From positions 1 through 41,778 of the IMG/VR virus record IMGVR_UViG_3300031456_000010: DNA of 41,778 nt. One strand, 5' to 3'. Position 1 is the first letter of the stretch; every line of letters starts with the position of its first letter. Positions 7,193-15,553 of this stretch are shown here, piece by piece. The notes below the pieces were generated by a model. That model was given only the letters and a program-made list of their open reading frames with translations, had not been told where the DNA came from and did no database searches. The DNA comes from a virus. The translations under genes were made by a program, and so were the position numbers.

Positions 7193-8613
7193 TGTAGGGC
7201 CTTTAATAGAGTCTGTTGTGTACGGTCTTTGGCAGTTAATACTTTTAAGACTTTTTCGTCAAGGGTTGCCGATGCAACCATGTGGTAAACGAAAACTGTA
7301 GCCGCTTGCTGACCCTGTCGATACACGCGGGCAATAGCTTGATCGTAAAACTCAAGATTCCAAGTAATGCCAAACCAAACGACATGATGGCAGCTCGCCT
7401 GGAGGTTAAGACCATGACCCATACTTGCTGGGTGTCCCAGGAGACACGGGATTGCCCCGGCATTGAATCCGTTAACAATCTCTTCCAGTTGCTTTGGAGT
7501 AGTTCCAGACCCGAGAACTCGCGCACCAGGAATACGCGATAAGATCCGTTCTCGGTCATGATCGAACTCATATAGAACCAAGACCGGCTTGCCACCCAGT
7601 TCTTCAATGAGGTCCTCGAGCGCATCCAATTTAGCGTCATGAATTTTCTCGTAGCTTGGACTATCGGTGTACACCGCCCCGTTGGCGATCTGCCGGCACT
7701 TCCCCCCGGCCACGGCGGCATTGGCCGCGACAATCTTCGACTCGCCTAGCTCAGCGAAGAAGCCGTCCTCGACTCGTTTGTAAATCGCCATCGCCTCTTT
7801 CGGCAGATCGATACGGATGTCGGCGCTCACGAGTTTGGGCATCTTGAGATGGTCTTCAGCTGAGAGCTGCAGAATGAGCGGCTTGATCCGCTCGACAACA
7901 CGGATAAAAGCATCGGGCTTAGGCCGGTATTCGTACCCGCCGTACCCGAAGGGGTCGAAGAACTCGCGACGGTAGTGAGTAATAAATCGCCCCAGTGAGG
8001 CCCCCAGGTCTAAGATAAATATCTGCCCGAATAAGTCGGTTAATCCGTTCGGTACCGGGGTGCCCGTCAAGATCCACCTTCGCGCGAACGAAGGCAGTAA
8101 TGGCTTTAACAATTTGAATCTTTGTGTCGTTGAGCTTTTGAATTTGCTGCTTTCGTCCACGCAGAGAATGTCGAACGCGGGGCGCTTTGTTTGGGGTGCG
8201 AACAGCCACTGCAGACCCTCCGGATTGATGATGGTGATGTCAACGTCGTTTGCGAGGAAGGCGTCTTTTTTCGGGCCGTGCAGGATCGCATAGGTCAGCT
8301 CGTTGAATTCCGCCCACTTTTTGATCTCGTCCGGCCATACTTTGTAGCACGGGCGCAGCGGGGCGACGATCAGCATCTTCGCGGCGTATCCCTTGGCCTT
8401 TAAGATCTTGAAGGCCGCGAGGCAGATTGAGGTTTTGCCTAAGCCCGGGTCGAGAAACAGTCCCGCGCTGCCCTGGCTGAGCAGAATTTTGATCCCGCTG
8501 ACTTGATAGGCGTGCGGCCTCCAAGACGGCAACGGCATGCTCGCAGCTATTGACCCAGACTGCTCGGATGCCGTGTTGATGAAGCTCATTAATACGGTGC
8601 TCTTGTAGTTCAT
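7189..8613 (-). CDS. SNF2-family helicase (474 aa; true start may be ATG 8538)
   Basis: Motifs LDPGLGKT (I), CVDESSKF (II), LTGTPVPN (III) and QAIARVYRQGQ (VI). Confidence 0.9.
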   Translation of the reverse strand: MNYKSTVLMSFINTASEQSGSIAASMPLPSWRPHAYQVSGIKILLSQGSAGLFLDPGLGKTSICLAAFKILKAKGYAAKMLIVAPLRPCYKVWPDEIKKWAEFNELTYAILHGPKKDAFLANDVDITIINPEGLQWLFAPQTKRPAFDILCVDESSKFKSSTTQRFKLLKPLLPSFARRWILTGTPVPNGLTDLFGQIFILDLGASLGRFITHYRREFFDPFGYGGYEYRPKPDAFIRVVERIKPLILQLSAEDHLKMPKLVSADIRIDLPKEAMAIYKRVEDGFFAELGESKIVAANAAVAGGKCRQIANGAVYTDSPSYEKIHDAKLDALEDLIEELGGKPVLVLYEFDHDRERILSRIPGARVLGSGTTPKQLEEIVNGFNAGAIPCLLGHPASMGHGLNLQASCHHVVWFGITWNLEFYDQAIARVYRQGQQAATVFVYHMVASATLDEKVLKVLTAKDRTQQTLLKALQ

Positions 8614-8887
8614 CGGGCTCGAAACCGGGGCGTTTGAATTCGATCAGAAGACACGTTCCGTAGCCGAAATATATCGTGTCGGGATAACCGGATGCGGCGA
8701 ACTTAACTTTTTCTACGATCCAATTGTGCGCGAGTGCCCAGTCTCTCACTTTTTTAACGATCGAACTTTCTTTCGGTGCTGCTCCAAACTTTTGCCTACA
8801 GTAGGAGCACTGAAGCGTACCGAGATGGGATCGGATGGTTCCGGTCTGACACATCGCACAGCGGGAGCCTTCTAGCCGAATTTGCAT
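8240..8887 (-). CDS. VRR-NUC nuclease with N-terminal CxxC..CxxC zinc ribbon. The domain ends near 8520 but the frame stays open to 8240.
   Basis: GYPD..LLIEFKRPG..LQEHRINEL gives the PD..ExK core typical of VRR-NUC. Start at ATG 8887. The last ~95 codons are Arg-rich and overlap the SNF2 gene. Confidence 0.75.
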   Translation of the reverse strand: MQIRLEGSRCAMCQTGTIRSHLGTLQCSYCRQKFGAAPKESSIVKKVRDWALAHNWIVEKVKFAASGYPDTIYFGYGTCLLIEFKRPGFEPDELQEHRINELHQHGIRAVWVNSCEHAVAVLEAARLSSQRDQNSAQPGQRGTVSRPGLRQNLNLPRGLQDLKGQGIRREDADRRPAAPVLQSMAGRDQKVGGIQRADLCDPARPEKRRLPRKRR

Positions 8888-9531
8888 GGCCCACCGTTTC
8901 CTCGCGCATACGCGCACCACTTACACAGGTAGTTCGGCTCGGGTATCCAAGGGAAAGACGGATCCAGCAAGGCGGCCTCGATTTTTTTTCCTTTGAAATC
9001 CCACTGCGCGCGTCTTGCGAGCAATTGGTCCCGATGGTACTCGCGCTGCGTCTGTTTGCCCAGATCTAAATAGACATGGACTGCCTTCACTTGACTGATT
9101 TCCGGATGCTCAGACAGGACGCCGAGGGCGTACAGCTCTTTCTGATCGAAGTGCTCGGGGTACTCTTTCCCGGTCTTCCAGTCGTATACGGTATATCCGC
9201 CCGGCTTCTTCGCCTTGAGATCGAGCACCATCCGAAGCCAACCGGATTCCCACGCAGTGGGAATCCACTCGCGCGTCAGCGCTATTTTGTGCTCCGTTTG
9301 CAGCTCGTAGCCTTTGATCTCGTTGAACGCATGGCCCCACTTCTTTTGCAGCTCAAACGAGAGCGGATGACCGTGCAGGAGATTCATCTCGATCTCTTTG
9401 TGCGTATCGATGCCGCGCTGCGCGGGGCCCGATGGCGCCGGTCCCGGCACTCGATCGATGTAGCGGCATTTGTAGGCAAACTTACAGCGCTCGAAGAGCG
9501 ACCACGCGGAAAGAGACCAGGAGAAGCTCAT
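8872..9531 (-). CDS. PD-(D/E)XK exonuclease, Cas4/RecB-like (219 aa)
   Basis: N-terminal Cys residues, VLDLK..VYDWKTGK (D..DxK), QKELY (QxxxY) and a C-terminal CKWCAYARGNGGPC cluster. Confidence 0.8.
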   Translation of the reverse strand: MSFSWSLSAWSLFERCKFAYKCRYIDRVPGPAPSGPAQRGIDTHKEIEMNLLHGHPLSFELQKKWGHAFNEIKGYELQTEHKIALTREWIPTAWESGWLRMVLDLKAKKPGGYTVYDWKTGKEYPEHFDQKELYALGVLSEHPEISQVKAVHVYLDLGKQTQREYHRDQLLARRAQWDFKGKKIEAALLDPSFPWIPEPNYLCKWCAYARGNGGPCKFG

Positions 9532-9719
9532 TCGATAACCTCTATGGACTCCCAGTGACCGTCAATGTTGGGATGAACAGGATTAGGAATCCACATTTCT
9601 AGGACAGCAGGCTGCGTCGGACTGAAGTCACTTCCTTTCTTTGCAATGAAGTAAACTAAGTCTGCGCGAGCCAGTCGTTCATGTGAAGAGACGATCCGTA
9701 ATCTAAGCTTCACTCGCAT
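9528..9719 (-). CDS. Hypothetical protein (63 aa)
   Basis: Track ORF. ATGA overlap with the downstream nuclease start; overlaps the upstream ORF stop by 10 nt. Confidence 0.6.
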   Translation of the reverse strand: MRVKLRLRIVSSHERLARADLVYFIAKKGSDFSPTQPAVLEMWIPNPVHPNIDGHWESIEVIE

Positions 9720-9871
9720 TCCAGTCGATACCCTGTGCGGCGCATTGTTATGGCAGTGCTGTCGGAGCAGGCATCATTTACGGCTCGAAGGTTTACGACA
9801 TTCGCCTCTACTTCAATCTCCCAAAGGCGCTCATCGACTGGAGCATCTGCGTTCTCGAATCTGATTTTCAT
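9710..9871 (-). CDS. Hypothetical protein (53 aa)
   Basis: Below track cutoff. ATG 9871 forms an ATGA overlap with the stop of 9868..10059. MKIRFENADAPVDERLWEIEVEANVV... Confidence 0.5.
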   Translation of the reverse strand: MKIRFENADAPVDERLWEIEVEANVVNLRAVNDACSDSTAITMRRTGYRLECE

Positions 9872-10059
9872 TCAGCGACCTGTTTACGGAGCCATGTGCT
9901 CACTCGGCAGCATAGGACGTGTGTCAGTACATCTGTCTTCTTGTCGTAGTGCTCCCCACAAAGCTGAACATAGCCTTTATCAGCATCTTCGTGGCAGGAA
10001 GTGCAACACCCTGGAAAGCCAGGAAGATCGTACAAGTCACTGCAGCGCTTAATGCTCAT
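9868..10059 (-). CDS. Cys-rich small protein (63 aa), probable metal binding
   Basis: ATG 10059 preceded by a GAGG SD. Pattern CC.SC...C...CC. Track start 10119 is unlikely because a coupled micro-ORF occupies 10056..10163. Confidence 0.6.
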   Translation of the reverse strand: MSIKRCSDLYDLPGFPGCCTSCHEDADKGYVQLCGEHYDKKTDVLTHVLCCRVSTWLRKQVAE

Positions 10060-10163
10060 TCGCAACCTCGCACTACTAATCGAATAAGCCAGATAGCGTA
10101 AGGAATGAAGATTGCCCACGCAGCGAGCATGACTACAAGTGCCCAGTCAATTTCGCGCCTCAT
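10056..10163 (-). CDS. Hydrophobic micro-ORF (35 aa)
   Basis: ATG 10163 forms an ATGA overlap with the DNA polymerase stop, and its own stop forms an ATGA overlap with ATG 10059. MRREIDWALVVMLAAWAIFIPYAIWLIRLVVRGCE. Confidence 0.45.
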   Translation of the reverse strand: MRREIDWALVVMLAAWAIFIPYAIWLIRLVVRGCE

Positions 10164-12007
10164 TCGCACTCCTTCAGCTCGCCCCAGTTCGGGCCGACAA
10201 ACCCTTCGGTCTTAAACGGCACATCGAATCGATCGGCCTCCATGGTCTCTTTGAGGCGCTTCATATGCGTAGGCCACTCATCGGTAGGAGCACTGATATT
10301 GATCTCGTCGTGAACCGTGGCGAGGAAGACTTCTGCGCTACGCTGATCATCCCACTCGTTAATGCACTCTTTCGTCTGATCCGAGGCGCTACCTTGAATG
10401 AGGTAGTTTAAGAGTTTGTAGTGAAAGTCGCGCATCCGCCCGTCGATGATTTTCGACGGCTCGGAGATGTAGATGCGTCCGCCCCAGGTTCGAATGCCTT
10501 GCCCCGTTCGCCCGCGCATCTGTACATCTTTCATTAATGCCTCGACACCGGGCATTGAGATCAGGTACGCCGACTTCAGTTGCCGCGCCTCCTCAAGCGA
10601 GCTTTCAAGCTGCGCCGAGAGTCCTGGCGCGCCGGCGCCGTAGATGATCGAGAAGCCCGTGATCTTGACGGGTACGCGAGAACGAATCAGGCCCGTAATC
10701 GCTTGGATCATCTCTCGTGCCATTTCGTGCGGATCCATACTGGGATTGGCGATGTAGGCTGCCTTCAGAGGCCCGTCTTCGAAGTGCGCCACGATCCGCA
10801 CTTCTTGTGAGCTAAAATCGCGCTTGAGCCAGACGTGGCCCTCCTCGGGCAGGATATAAGAGCGTAAGGAGGGGTAGGGGAACAGGCCCGGCGGGATGGC
10901 CATCGGATCGCCATTCTTGTACTCCCACTTTGTCGGTAGATTCTGAAAGTTGGGATTGTCCGAAGATAGCCGCCCCGTTCGTGCGCCCTTCGAGGCGTAG
11001 TCGCCCTTGGCTTGCTTGACTTGATTCCAGTTGGGATGGAGTCGACCGTCCGCTCGAGAGAACTCAATCCAGGGACGCATGAACGTCTGCAAGCTCGTCT
11101 TGAGCGCTCCGCGGTAATCGAGAAGGTCGCGAATCTCGGGGATGACAATCCGAAGATTCCCGGCCGCGAGCGAGCGTTTGCGAGACTTCGGCGTGAGTAC
11201 CCACTCTTTCACCGCACCGGCCCGCTCAAGGCCATCCTTGAGCGCCTCTTCGTCTTCTTCGAGCTGCTCCGGAGTGATTTGGAGCGCCCGGCACAAACGA
11301 GCTTCGGCCATGTCGAGCGTTCCGGTATAGAGCTGAGTATCTCGAATGAGCCTTTCACGATCGCAGCGCACACCGCGCTGGGTCGCTCGCATTGTAATGG
11401 GGAACAGGCGCCGCTCGCGGTCATAGGCCGCTTGCATGCCCTGGTCGCAGATCCGCACGTAAAGCAGCCTGAAGAGTTTGTCGGTTCGCACGACATCTCC
11501 GATGCCGTAGCGCCCGACCAGATCCCCGGGTGCCTTAGAGATATGCGCCGCCCAATCCTTTAAACCCGCTTCGGGCACATGAGCGAGAATCCACTCGCGA
11601 ACTTCGTCTTGCTCCTCGGGCGGCATGCCCAGATAGCGATCTGCAGAAGGCTTGAGCGAGAAGGTCGGGGCGTAAGGGTCGGCGAGGAAGACGAGGTACT
11701 GCGTATCGTGAATTCGGCGCCAATCGAAGTACTTCCAGTCCAGCTTAAAGCGCACATGCATCGTCGCCCACACCGAGATATCGAAGTCCGCATGGTGAAA
11801 GCAGATCGGAAGTCCCGAGTCGATCACCTGCGCCAATGCATCGACTGCTTGGTGCTCGAAGCAATTGTTTTGCGTCGGATGCCCCCAGGCGAAGTAGTTC
11901 GGTGCGTGGCCGGGCCATAGGATGGCCACTCCGCACGGCTTAGGCGGCTGCAGGAGCGGATTACCGACAATGCCGTCAGTTTCAAAGTCGACGATGATGG
12001 GGGTCAT
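10160..12007 (-). CDS. DNA polymerase, family A with 3'-5' exonuclease domain (615 aa)
   Basis: Exo I IVDFETDG, motif A DFSSQEVRIVAH, motif B KITGFSIIYGAG, motif C VHDEINI. Confidence 0.92.
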   Translation of the reverse strand: MTPIIVDFETDGIVGNPLLQPPKPCGVAILWPGHAPNYFAWGHPTQNNCFEHQAVDALAQVIDSGLPICFHHADFDISVWATMHVRFKLDWKYFDWRRIHDTQYLVFLADPYAPTFSLKPSADRYLGMPPEEQDEVREWILAHVPEAGLKDWAAHISKAPGDLVGRYGIGDVVRTDKLFRLLYVRICDQGMQAAYDRERRLFPITMRATQRGVRCDRERLIRDTQLYTGTLDMAEARLCRALQITPEQLEEDEEALKDGLERAGAVKEWVLTPKSRKRSLAAGNLRIVIPEIRDLLDYRGALKTSLQTFMRPWIEFSRADGRLHPNWNQVKQAKGDYASKGARTGRLSSDNPNFQNLPTKWEYKNGDPMAIPPGLFPYPSLRSYILPEEGHVWLKRDFSSQEVRIVAHFEDGPLKAAYIANPSMDPHEMAREMIQAITGLIRSRVPVKITGFSIIYGAGAPGLSAQLESSLEEARQLKSAYLISMPGVEALMKDVQMRGRTGQGIRTWGGRIYISEPSKIIDGRMRDFHYKLLNYLIQGSASDQTKECINEWDDQRSAEVFLATVHDEINISAPTDEWPTHMKRLKETMEADRFDVPFKTEGFVGPNWGELKECE

Positions 12008-12219
12008 TTGTCTTGTAGCTTATTCAGTTCGGTTTGGAGATAAATCGCTGTGACCGGCACTAGCTCGGGGATCTGCGCTTTCCACTTCATCAACTCACTG
12101 ATCGCGTGCGCTTTCTCCTCTCCCGTCGCATCGGCGCGCTTCATGGTTCGCAAATGCTTCTGCACCGCGAGCTTCTTCGCTTCTTGCATGATCTGTGCGA
12201 GGTGTTCACCGGGGGTCAT
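12004..12219 (-). CDS. Hypothetical protein (71 aa)
   Basis: Track ORF, ATGA-coupled to the polymerase start. Confidence 0.65.
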   Translation of the reverse strand: MTPGEHLAQIMQEAKKLAVQKHLRTMKRADATGEEKAHAISELMKWKAQIPELVPVTAIYLQTELNKLQDK

Positions 12220-12401
12220 TCGGAAAGATTTTTTCTTTCGAGGACGCGAATGATTAGCGATATCTGCTCTGTGTCAGTTGTTGGAAATTGGTTTTCAATC
12301 CAATCTAGCGCAGTTCGCATTTCGTTATCTGTCATTCTAAGATTTTCACGCGCGAGTGACTCCGTTAGAAGTTTTTCTATGCCCTCTAGGCTCAGCTTCA
12401 T
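12216..12401 (-). CDS. Hypothetical protein (61 aa)
   Basis: ATG 12401 forms an ATGA overlap with the stop of 12398..13237. The track start 12443 would overlap by 46 nt. Confidence 0.6.
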   Translation of the reverse strand: MKLSLEGIEKLLTESLARENLRMTDNEMRTALDWIENQFPTTDTEQISLIIRVLERKNLSE

Positions 12402-13237
12402 TTCACTTCCTTGTGTAGATGCCTCTCGAACGTATCCAGCCACTCTTGAATTTCAATGACAGTCTCGCGCGCCTTGGTTGCTTCGTCTGGAGTCATTCCG
12501 CGCGCAAGCTCTGCGGGATTATTACTGCGGCACCAAGTAATAAATCTGCCCGCGTTGCAGCCACTCGATTCAGCGCGAAAACTTCTATATAAGTCGCTCG
12601 ATATATTTTTATGTTTTATCCCTCCTTGGTTAATTCCTTTGATGGCTAGCCGTCTCGGTGGAGGGGGGTTGGGTGAGCCCACAGCATCTTTGAAAACATT
12701 TTCAGGTACCCTAGAAACTTGGAGAATCTGAGTACTCTTTACCTGCGAAAAACCATGCTCTTTAAGCAAAGATTGAGCCCCCGGAGGTCTTGAATTGCCT
12801 CCTAGCGATTTCGGTATTTGCGCGCCTCTTTTTCTTGCTCTGACTCTTACTGCGATTGCGTTTATATGTAGTCGCCTTTCTTCTCTATCCAAAGGCAGCG
12901 GCTGCGCGAATTTTGTCGGCCGCAAGCTCTCTGCGATTTCTCCGAGTTTCCGGTAGTTCAGAAGCTTTGCGCGCTTTGCCTCTACAGTGATCTTGTCATC
13001 CTTCAGGATCTTCGCCAGCGCGGCGAGTGCATCGATCTTATTATCGTAGTACTTCGCCAGTTCTATCGTCGTGCATTCGGCAATCGCGTGAGAAATCTCG
13101 TCAATCGTTGCAAGAGCTTGGATCGAGTCCATTCTCTGCTGCGTCTGAATCGGGAGCCGACGAATCGCAGAATCAATCCGCTGCGGAGTGAGCTTGCCCT
13201 CTTCCATGTGTAGCACTTCATGCTTTTGGTTACTCAT
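12398..13237 (-). CDS. Hypothetical protein (279 aa), helical N-terminus, basic centre
   Basis: Long ORF, ATGA-coupled upstream. No confident motif. Confidence 0.75.
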   Translation of the reverse strand: MSNQKHEVLHMEEGKLTPQRIDSAIRRLPIQTQQRMDSIQALATIDEISHAIAECTTIELAKYYDNKIDALAALAKILKDDKITVEAKRAKLLNYRKLGEIAESLRPTKFAQPLPLDREERRLHINAIAVRVRARKRGAQIPKSLGGNSRPPGAQSLLKEHGFSQVKSTQILQVSRVPENVFKDAVGSPNPPPPRRLAIKGINQGGIKHKNISSDLYRSFRAESSGCNAGRFITWCRSNNPAELARGMTPDEATKARETVIEIQEWLDTFERHLHKEVK

Positions 13238-13443
13238 TTCCCTACATTCCTTTTCTCAATGATCTGGCCGAGAAATTCGGCGGCCAGTGGTGCGATCATC
13301 GTTTTGTCTTGATCATCTGTCGGCTCTTTTTGGATGACTTCGAGAATAGTCTTCCAGAGCATAAGCCTCTCTACCGACACTTCGGTGAGTACGTCCAGGC
13401 AGGCCAGGAAAATATTCAGTTGTTGAATCTGTTTGTCTTTCAT
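13234..13443 (-). CDS. Hypothetical protein (69 aa)
   Basis: Track ORF. ATGA overlaps at both ends. Confidence 0.65.
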   Translation of the reverse strand: MKDKQIQQLNIFLACLDVLTEVSVERLMLWKTILEVIQKEPTDDQDKTMIAPLAAEFLGQIIEKRNVGK

Positions 13444-13712
13444 GACTTAGCGCCTTCGCAAGCGTACGTGTGAATGCCGTTACCTGAGCTGACCGTCGTG
13501 CAGCGTCCGATCTTGATGGCCTGTTCGGCTTCCTTGGGCGTCAGGCAGTGCACGGCGGAGTCCGAATAGTTCGTGCTGAGCGCTAACTCTGCGCGGACCG
13601 CGATCGCCTGCTGCTCGCAGACAGCCTTACTCTCCATCACCATCGCGGAGGCAAATAGTTTGTCGCTCGTCATGGAGGCGACGAAGATAAAGACGACGTA
13701 AAGCGTGCTCAA
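13440..13712 (-). CDS. Small secreted Cys-containing protein (90 aa from TTG 13712; 77 aa from ATG 13673)
   Basis: GGAG at 13724..13721, 8-nt spacer, then TTG. Signal-like N-terminus STLYVVFIFVASMTSDKLFASA and 4 Cys in the mature part. The longer track ORF is rejected because a terminator and promoter lie inside its 5' part. Confidence 0.5.
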   Translation of the reverse strand: MSTLYVVFIFVASMTSDKLFASAMVMESKAVCEQQAIAVRAELALSTNYSDSAVHCLTPKEAEQAIKIGRCTTVSSGNGIHTYACEGAKS

Positions 13713-13813
13713 GTGCTTAACTCCGTTGTATTGAAGAAGCCGGTCGACTGTCGCTAAGAAAGCCACGGAGGAACCGTTAAAACCTCTTTCGCGGGCCTGA
13801 CCGGCTTGAGAGA

Positions 13814-13843
13814 AGTATGCACGCAGAGTGCACGCAGTGTCAA
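13814..13843 (-). promoter_or_regulatory. Sigma70-like promoter TTGACA-N18-CATACT
   Basis: Minus strand carries TTGACA at 13843..13838 and CATACT at 13819..13814, immediately after a terminator. The spacer contains the direct repeat CTGCGTGCA twice. Confidence 0.5.
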
Positions 13844-13844
13844 G

Positions 13845-13870
13845 AAAAAATTGCGGGCCCGAAGGCCCGC
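13845..13870 (-). terminator. Rho-independent terminator after the secreted-protein gene
   Basis: Minus-strand GCGGGCC-TTCG-GGCCCGC (7-bp GC stem, tetraloop) followed by AATTTTTT. Confidence 0.75.
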
Positions 13871-13882
13871 AGAACAGGGGGA

Positions 13883-14503
13883 TCAAACTGGCTCGAACGT
13901 CACGACTACATTCTCGGGTGTCGCCGGCACCGCACCGACGGGCGTCGGGCCCGTCGGCTTAACACATTGTTCAATCGTGTAGTTCGAATTTGCACTTTTA
14001 CCGATCGCGGCCACGGCGATACAGACATTCTTATTCTGTATCGTCAGTGCATAAGTCGGCGCGCTGCCTACGCTCACCGTCTGAATGCCGCCCTCGGCTT
14101 CGTACCGCCAGTTGAGCGAGTAACCCACAATCTCCCCGGGCGGTAAATCGACTCCGCCCGTGCCTTTCGTCACGGCATCCCAGCGAATAGTGGCGCGCCA
14201 CTGCGTAATCGGCACGGCTTGGGTCGTTTGAGACTTGGCGAGCGTCACCCGCAGGGCGGGGCAGGAAATACTTCCCGACTCGATATTGCTTGGACAGACC
14301 CGGACCGGATCGGCCGGCGCAAGACTCTCCCAGCGTTTCCACTGATTCGCGGGATTGAGCACGAGAAGGCCGTCAGCGCCGGGTTTGTAGACATATTTCG
14401 CTGCGGGGCACGGATTAGTTTGATCCGTACACACGAGCGGCAGGTTCGTCGCAGCGCTAGCGAGCGACGGGACGAAGAGACAGAGGGCGAGAAAAGTTTT
14501 CAT
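13883..14503 (-). CDS. Secreted protein with C-terminal fibronectin-III-like domain (206 aa)
   Basis: Signal peptide MKTFLALCLFVPSLASA/ATN. Several Cys in the mature part. RWDAV..GEIVGYSLNW..YALTI..CIAVAAIG pattern. AAGGAA SD. Confidence 0.8.
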   Translation of the reverse strand: MKTFLALCLFVPSLASAATNLPLVCTDQTNPCPAAKYVYKPGADGLLVLNPANQWKRWESLAPADPVRVCPSNIESGSISCPALRVTLAKSQTTQAVPITQWRATIRWDAVTKGTGGVDLPPGEIVGYSLNWRYEAEGGIQTVSVGSAPTYALTIQNKNVCIAVAAIGKSANSNYTIEQCVKPTGPTPVGAVPATPENVVVTFEPV

Positions 14504-14620
14504 ACGTTCCTTAAAAGTGTCTGTCGCGAGCGGGGGAATTGAGTTACTGGCCTCTTACCGTTCCACAGACTCTCGGGGTTTTAGGACCATGCGCCGGGCA
14601 CTCGCCGAGTAATCCCAAAC

Positions 14621-14680
14621 TAATCCCTCCTGCGTCGCGCTTCACTAAAGGATACCGTGCGTACGACGCAGGAGGGATTA
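14621..14680 (-). terminator. Long hairpin downstream of 14688..15440 (17-bp perfect stem, 26-nt loop); terminator or regulatory RNA structure
   Basis: TAATCCCTCCTGCGTCG at 14621-14637 pairs with CGACGCAGGAGGGATTA at 14664-14680. Only a short TTTGGG follows on the minus strand. An extra GTAATCCC copy at 14609-14616 allows alternative pairing. Confidence 0.5.
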
Positions 14681-14687
14681 CTTCCCG

Positions 14688-15440
14688 TCAGTACTTCCGA
14701 TTCTGCATCGGCTGCGCAGCCGGTGCATTACTTTCTTGTGCGTAGGGCGTGAGAATGACGGCGTCCGCCGTATCCCGGCGCTGCATCAGGTCGCTTAAGA
14801 ACTGTTCACTCACTTGCGCGACCGGGGCGAACTTCACTTCGAGCTGGTTCCGAGCATGCGGATGGAGAGAAACTTCCGTCACCATCGCCCAGGGCGGGCG
14901 GCGAAACTCACCGGCCAGTTGAGCGGTGTAGTTGGCCCAGTTCTTCACGGAGGTGACGGGAATGGAGCACGTCGCCGCTTCGGCTTTCTTCACCGAGTCG
15001 GGCGGCGCATTTTGCATGACTGCGGAGACGGGCAGCATGATCAGGCGTCGACTTTCTTTACACGCCTTGCCCTTCCCCCCATTTGGCGCGGACCCCCAAG
15101 CATTCCACTTGCACTCCGCGCATGACACCGCTTGTCTTTGTCGGGCCTGAGCGTGGGGCACCATGTCCTCACCACTGAGCGAGAGGGCATAGCAGATCGG
15201 AGACTCCGGCTTGTTGGGGTCAAACTGCCGCTGTTCGAGGACGTTCTGGTACAGCGCATGCTCTTTGGCGGAGCTGATGATGACCACATTCAGCTTGTTG
15301 CCCGGAATCGCCTGATTTTGATAGGTCATGATGCCGCCGCGGAAGGCGAGACGGCCCACAGCGGGGCGCTCCTGCGCTGCCGCCTTCGTCGCGTGCTTCG
15401 CGAGTTCTTCTTCCCACTTAATGGGTAAATTATCTGTCAT
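14688..15440 (-). CDS. Putative ssDNA-binding / recombination-associated protein (250 aa); function tentative
   Basis: Long ORF in the replication module. CAECKWNAWGS..GKGKACKESRRL motif. Assignment rests on position next to the nuclease/polymerase/primase set. Confidence 0.65.
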   Translation of the reverse strand: MTDNLPIKWEEELAKHATKAAAQERPAVGRLAFRGGIMTYQNQAIPGNKLNVVIISSAKEHALYQNVLEQRQFDPNKPESPICYALSLSGEDMVPHAQARQRQAVSCAECKWNAWGSAPNGGKGKACKESRRLIMLPVSAVMQNAPPDSVKKAEAATCSIPVTSVKNWANYTAQLAGEFRRPPWAMVTEVSLHPHARNQLEVKFAPVAQVSEQFLSDLMQRRDTADAVILTPYAQESNAPAAQPMQNRKY

Positions 15441-15553
15441 GTTTCTTAGCTCCGTCGTGTTTTAGATCTGCGCGCCCGTTCTCTACGATGGACCGGCATA
15501 TTCGGTAGGGCGCCCCTCGCCATTTCCCCGCCCAAGCAAATCGATTGGGGAAT

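Noticed and set aside
13713-13886. 5' extension of track ORF 13440..13886
   Set aside because: It contains a strong rho-independent terminator (13845-13870) and a TTGACA-N18-CATACT promoter, so it is non-coding.
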